64,000 bases of DNA, from NCBI RefSeq assembly GCF_009914755.1, contig NC_060948.1; one strand, given 5' to 3'. The notes below the pieces were generated by a model. It had not been told where the DNA came from. It ran no database searches and saw only the letters and a list, made by a program, of their open reading frames with translations. The DNA is from the human T2T-CHM13v2.0 reference genome, Homo sapiens. Both the position numbers and the translations under genes were made by a program. Positions 55,707 through 64,000 of this stretch are shown in pieces; position 1 is the stretch's first letter, and every line of letters begins with the position of its first letter.

Positions 55707-57807
55707 AGATCCATATTTTTTAAATGAAAAAAAATTTCAAAGGTACTCTGCTTGGTACAATAATCAAATGTATAAACTGAGGAATAAAACATAACCATGA
55801 AACCTACTTATAACTGCATATGGAAAATACAGAGGATAATTTTTTAAATAACATATTTTGAAAGCCTTAACTAGTAATTTGAAGAGTTGGCATTTGAAAG
55901 GCCAGTATGAATACACCTTCAAAGCAGCAACACAGGTTCCCCATGAGAAAAAGCAAACTCAGGGAAAATAAAACCACAAAGGTTCAATCTCTTCTGACCT
56001 TTGAAAGACACAGCACAGACAGTGGTCCTTAGGACGAAGAGCAGGAGACCCCTAATTCCGTCACCATGGCGATAGGGCATAAACATTGCTGGGTGAGGGC
56101 ACAATCCACATTGTGAGGTCCAACTGCTGCCAGGAAGACAGGAGTGCTTTTACATAGACCGAAAGGTCATTGAAGGCTCAGAGTTTTGTTTCAAGAACTG
56201 AATCCCAAGCCCACACGTTATTAGGCTGCGCTTCTTAAAACAAGTTATGAGATGGGAAAAAGGGCACCTACAAACATACGTATACATTATGTATATAATA
56301 ATATACAGTATCATACATATAATATATATAACCCATGTATAATATTGTTTTACATCCTGCATCTTATATTATATATATTGTATAAAATATAATAATTGAT
56401 AATATATAAATTTTATATTTATACAATATGACATATAGTATATATTATAATTTATTACATATATAATATATGTTATATATCATATATAGAATATATTATA
56501 CGGTTAATATACGTATTAAATATAAATTATACATTATATATATTATATATAATATATCTGCTATATATAATACCCATTGTGCATAATATATATATTATGT
56601 CTATGTTATATATAGTATAAAACAACATATAATAATATATAATTGTATATATAAAACGCGACATATAATATATATTATATTTTATGACATATGTAATATA
56701 TATTATATATTATATATAATACGTTGTATGTATAATACCTATATTAAATATAAATTATATGACTATGTTATTAATTACATGTCACATATGTTATATATTA
56801 TATATTTTACATAGAATATACCGGTTACATACAATATATACCTTGTTACCTATAATGTATAATTTATTACATGTAAAATAAAGAATGCAATATATTATGT
56901 ATAATTTATAATATACAATATGTGGAATGTGATATATATAACATATAATATATGATATATGATATACAGTATATGATATATAACATACAATATATGATAC
57001 CTAATATATATGGTATACAATATATATTTTATGATATGTATTCTATATGTTTTATATTCTGATATATATAACTATTTGAAATTATATATAACTGTATAAT
57101 ATTTTATGTAAATATGTAATATAATATATAACTATATAATATATTATATATAACTATATATTATGTTATATATACTTTTATAACATAATTTACATAAAAT
57201 ATCATAATATAATATATATTATATTATTTCATATTACATAATATATATTACATATCACCCAATATAAGTAACATACATAATATTATAATATAGATTATAT
57301 TATGTTATATTAAATATCATATATATCATGTATCATATATTCTATAATATATATGATACATTATATAATATGTATGCTGTCTATTATGTGATATATATAA
57401 CTATATATAATTATATTATTATACATATTACTAGATAAACATGTAATTCTACATATTTTCCTTTATAATATATAGAATTATATAATCATATATAATTATT
57501 TATATTCTATAAAAAATTATATCATTATATAAATTATAATATATAAAAATTATAATATGTACTACAAATATATATATTATATATCATATATGATATAGTA
57601 CCTTTGTTATATATCATAATACATATAAATGTGTATTATGTTATCTATAATTATATAATTTCATATATAAGATGTATAATATGTATTATATATTATATAT
57701 GTTATGTAATATATATAGTATATATAAGATGACACAGGATAAATATTATATACTATGACATATAAAATATATGAGGTTATATGTTACATATAAGGCATAG
57801 CACATAA

Positions 57808-58122
<315 letters not shown>

Positions 58123-60223
58123 AGATCCATATTTTTTAAATGAAAAAAAATTTCAAAGGTACTCTGCTTGGTACAATAATCAAATGTATAAACTGAGGAA
58201 TAAAACATAACCATGAAACCTACTTATAACTGCATATGGAAAATACAGAGGATAATTTTTTAAATAACATATTTTGAAAGCCTTAACTAGTAATTTGAAG
58301 AGTTGGCATTTGAAAGGCCAGTATGAATACACCTTCAAAGCAGCAACACAGGTTCCCCATGAGAAAAAGCAAACTCAGGGAAAATAAAACCACAAAGGTT
58401 CAATCTCTTCTGACCTTTGAAAGACACAGCACAGACAGTGGTCCTTAGGACGAAGAGCAGGAGACCCCTAATTCCGTCACCATGGCGATAGGGCATAAAC
58501 ATTGCTGGGTGAGGGCACAATCCACATTGTGAGGTCCAACTGCTGCCAGGAAGACAGGAGTGCTTTTACATAGACCGAAAGGTCATTGAAGGCTCAGAGT
58601 TTTGTTTCAAGAACTGAATCCCAAGCCCACACGTTATTAGGCTGCGCTTCTTAAAACAAGTTATGAGATGGGAAAAAGGGCACCTACAAACATACGTATA
58701 CATTATGTATATAATAATATACAGTATCATACATATAATATATATAACCCATGTATAATATTGTTTTACATCCTGCATCTTATATTATATATATTGTATA
58801 AAATATAATAATTGATAATATATAAATTTTATATTTATACAATATGACATATAGTATATATTATAATTTATTACATATATAATATATGTTATATATCATA
58901 TATAGAATATATTATACGGTTAATATACGTATTAAATATAAATTATACATTATATATATTATATATAATATATCTGCTATATATAATACCCATTGTGCAT
59001 AATATATATATTATGTCTATGTTATATATAGTATAAAACAACATATAATAATATATAATTGTATATATAAAACGCGACATATAATATATATTATATTTTA
59101 TGACATATGTAATATATATTATATATTATATATAATACGTTGTATGTATAATACCTATATTAAATATAAATTATATGACTATGTTATTAATTACATGTCA
59201 CATATGTTATATATTATATATTTTACATAGAATATACCGGTTACATACAATATATACCTTGTTACCTATAATGTATAATTTATTACATGTAAAATAAAGA
59301 ATGCAATATATTATGTATAATTTATAATATACAATATGTGGAATGTGATATATATAACATATAATATATGATATATGATATACAGTATATGATATATAAC
59401 ATACAATATATGATACCTAATATATATGGTATACAATATATATTTTATGATATGTATTCTATATGTTTTATATTCTGTTATATATAACTATTTGAAATTA
59501 TATATAACTGTATAATATTTTATGTAAATATGTAATATAATATATAACTATATAATATATTATATATAACTATATATTATGTTATATATACTTTTATAAC
59601 ATAATTTACATAAAATATCATAATATAATATATATTATATTATTTCATATTACATAATATATATTACATATCACCCAATATAAGTAACATACATAATATT
59701 ATAATATAGATTATATTATGTTATATTAAATATCATATATATCATGTATCATATATTCTATAATATATATGATACATTATATAATATGTATGTTGTCTAT
59801 TATGTGATATATATAACTATATATAATTATATTATTATACATATTACTAGATAAACATGTAATTCTACATATTTTCATTTATAATATATAGAATTATATA
59901 ATCATATATAATTATTTATATTCTATAAAAAATTATATCATTATATAAATTATAATATATAAAAATTATAATATGTACTACAAATATATATATTATATAT
60001 CATATATGATATAGTACCTTTGTTATATATCATAATACATATAAATGTGTATTATGTTATCTATAATTATATAATTTCATATATAAGATGTATAATATGT
60101 ATTATATATTATATATGTTATGTAATATATATAGTATATATAAGATGACACAGGATAAATATTATATACTATGACATATAAAATATATGAGGTTATATGT
60201 TACATATAAGGCATAGCACATAA

Positions 60224-60538
<315 letters not shown>

Positions 60539-62639
60539 AGATCCATATTTTTTAAATGAAAAAAAATTTCAAAGGTACTCTGCTTGGTACAATAATCAAA
60601 TGTATAAACTGAGGAATAAAACATAACCATGAAACCTACTTATAACTGCATATGGAAAATACAGAGGATAATTTTTTAAATCACATATTTTGAAAGCCTT
60701 AACTAGTAATTTGAAGAGTTGGCATTTGAAAGGCCAGTATGAATATACCTTCAAAGCAGCAACACAGGTTCCCCATGAGAAAAAGCAAACTCAGGGAAAA
60801 TAAAACCACAAAGGTTCAATCTCTTCTGACCTTTGAAAGACACAGCACAGACAGTGGTCCTTAGGACGAAGAGCAGGAGACCCCTAATTCCGTCACCATG
60901 GCGATAGGGCATAAACATTGCTGGGTGAGGGCACAATCCACATTGTGAGGTCCAACTGCTGCCAGGAAGACAGGAGTGCTTTTACATAGACCGAAAGGTC
61001 ATTGAAGGTTCAGAGTTTTGTTTCAAGAACTGAATCCCAAGCCCACACGTTATTAGGCTGCGCTTCTTAAAACAAGTTATGAGATGGGAAAAAGGGCACC
61101 TACAAACATATGTATACATTATGTATATAATAATATACAGTATCATATATATAATATATATAACCCATGTATAATATTGTTTTACATCCTGCATCTTATG
61201 TTATATATATTGTATAAAATATAATAATTGATAATATATAAATTTTATATTTATACAATATGACATATAGTATATATTATAATTTATTACATATATAATA
61301 TATGTTATATATCATATATAGAATATATTCTATGGTTAATATACGTATTAAATATAAATTATACATTATATATATTATATATAATATATCTGCTATATAT
61401 AATACCCATTGTGCATAATATATATATTATGTCTATGTTATATATAGTATAAAACAACATATAATAATATATAATTGTATATATAAAACGCGACATATAA
61501 TATATATTATATTTTATGACAGATGTAATATATATTATATATTATATATAATACGTTGTATGTATAATACCTATATTAAATATAAATTATATGACTATGT
61601 TATTAATTACATGTCACATATGTTATATATTATATATTTTACATAGAATATACCGGTTAAATACAATATATACTATGTTACCTATAATGTATAATTTATT
61701 ACATGTAAAATAAAGAATGCAATATATTATGTATAATTTATAATATACAATATGTGGAATGTGATATATATAACATATAATATATGATATATGATATACA
61801 GTATATGATATATAACATACAATGTATGATACCTAATATATATGGTATACAATATATATTTTATGATATGTATTCTATATGTTTTATATTCTGTTATATA
61901 TAACTATTTGAAATTATATATAACTGTATAATATTTTATGTAAATATGTAATATAATATATAACTATATAATATATTATATATAACTATATATTATGTTA
62001 TATATACTTTTATAACATAATTTACATAAAATATCATAATATAATATATATTATATTATTTCATATTACATAATATATATTACATATCACCCAATATAAG
62101 TAACATACATAATATTATAATATAGATTATATTATGTTATATTAAATATCATATATATCATGTATCATATATTCTATAATATATATGATACATTATATAA
62201 TATGTATGCTGTCTATTATGTGATATATATAACTATATATAATTATATTATTATACATATTACTAGATAAACATGTAATTCTACATATTTTCATTTATAA
62301 TATATAGAATTATATAATCATATATAATTATTTATATTCTATAAAAAATTATATCCTTATATAAATTATAATATATAAAAATTATAATATGTACTACAAA
62401 TATATATATTATATATCATATATGATATAGTACCTTTGTTATATATCATAATACATATAAATGTGTATTATGTTATCTATAATTATATAATTTCATATAT
62501 AAGATGTATAATATGTATTATATATTATATATGTTATGTAATATATATAGTATATATAAGATGACACAGGATAAATATTATATACTATGACATATAAAAT
62601 ATATGAGGTTATATGTTACATATAAGGCATAGCACATAA

Positions 62640-62954
<315 letters not shown>

Positions 62955-64000
62955 AGATCCATATTTTTTAAATGAAAAAAAATTTCAAAGGTACTCTGCT
63001 TGGTACAATAATCAAATGTATAAACTGAGGAATAAAACATAACCATGAAACCTACTTATAACTGCATATGGAAAATACAGAGGATAATTTTTTAAATAAC
63101 ATATTTTGAAAGCCTTAACTAGTAATTTGAAGAGTTGGCATTTGAAAGGCCAGTATGAATATACCTTCAAAGCAGCAACACAGGTTCCCCATGAGAAAAA
63201 GCAAACTCAGGGAAAATAAAACCACAAAGGTTCAATCTCTTCTGACCTTTGAAAGACACAGCACAGACAGTGGTCCTTAGGACGAAGAGCAGGAGACCCC
63301 TAATTCCGTCACCATGGCGATAGGGCATAAACATTGCTGGGTGAGGGCACAATCCACATTGTGAGGTCCAACTGCTGCCAGGAAGACAGGAGTGCTTTTA
63401 CATAGACCGAAAGGTCATTGAAGGCTCAGAGTTTTGTTTCAAGAACTGAATCCCAAGCCCACACGTTATTAGGCTGCGCTTCTTAAAACAAGTTATGAGA
63501 TGGGAAAAAGGGCACCTACAAACATACGTATACATTATGTATATAATAATATACAGTATCATATATATAATATATATAACCTATGTATAATATTGTTTTA
63601 CATCCTGCATCTTATATTATATATATTGTATAAAATATAATAATTGATAATATATAAATTTTATATTTATACAATATGACATATAGTATATATTATAATT
63701 TATTACATATATAATATATGTTATATATCATATATAGAATATATTATACGGTTAATATACGTATTAAATATAAATTATACATTATATATATTATATATAA
63801 TATATCTGCTATATATAATACCCATTGTGCATAATATATATATTATGTCTATGTTATATAATATAAAACAACATATAATAATATATAATTGTATATATAA
63901 AACGCGACATATAATATATATTATATTTTATGACATATGTAATATATATTATATATTATATATAATACGTTGTATGTATAATACCTATATTAAATATAAA

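Overview
This window contains no genes; it is human-type satellite heterochromatin. It matches the boundary between two known Yq12 satellite arrays. Bases 1-~6298 are a diverged (GGAAT)n HSat3 array with a ~3543-3544 bp higher-order period (DYZ1-like): one full unit and one unit cut after ~2755 bp. Bases ~6299-64000 are a head-to-tail ~2414-2421 bp composite macrosatellite (DYZ2/HSat1B-like). Each unit has a ~1.55 kb AT-rich low-complexity block, a ~292 bp antisense, 5'-truncated Alu and a ~575 bp HSATI-like segment; 24 Alu/HSATI copies are present. All ORFs in the supplied track are artefacts of repeat periodicity. I see no previously undescribed biological system. The points worth a second look concern how the arrays are built and evolve: a sharp junction with ATC microhomology, a first DYZ2 unit with a ~768 bp deletion, an Alu with AluS-type diagnostic bases and a fixed 16 bp duplication, and SNV blocks recording local duplications, one mappable crossover and non-adjacent sequence exchange. 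Family names come from recalled consensus features, not a database search. SNV comparisons were made by eye.
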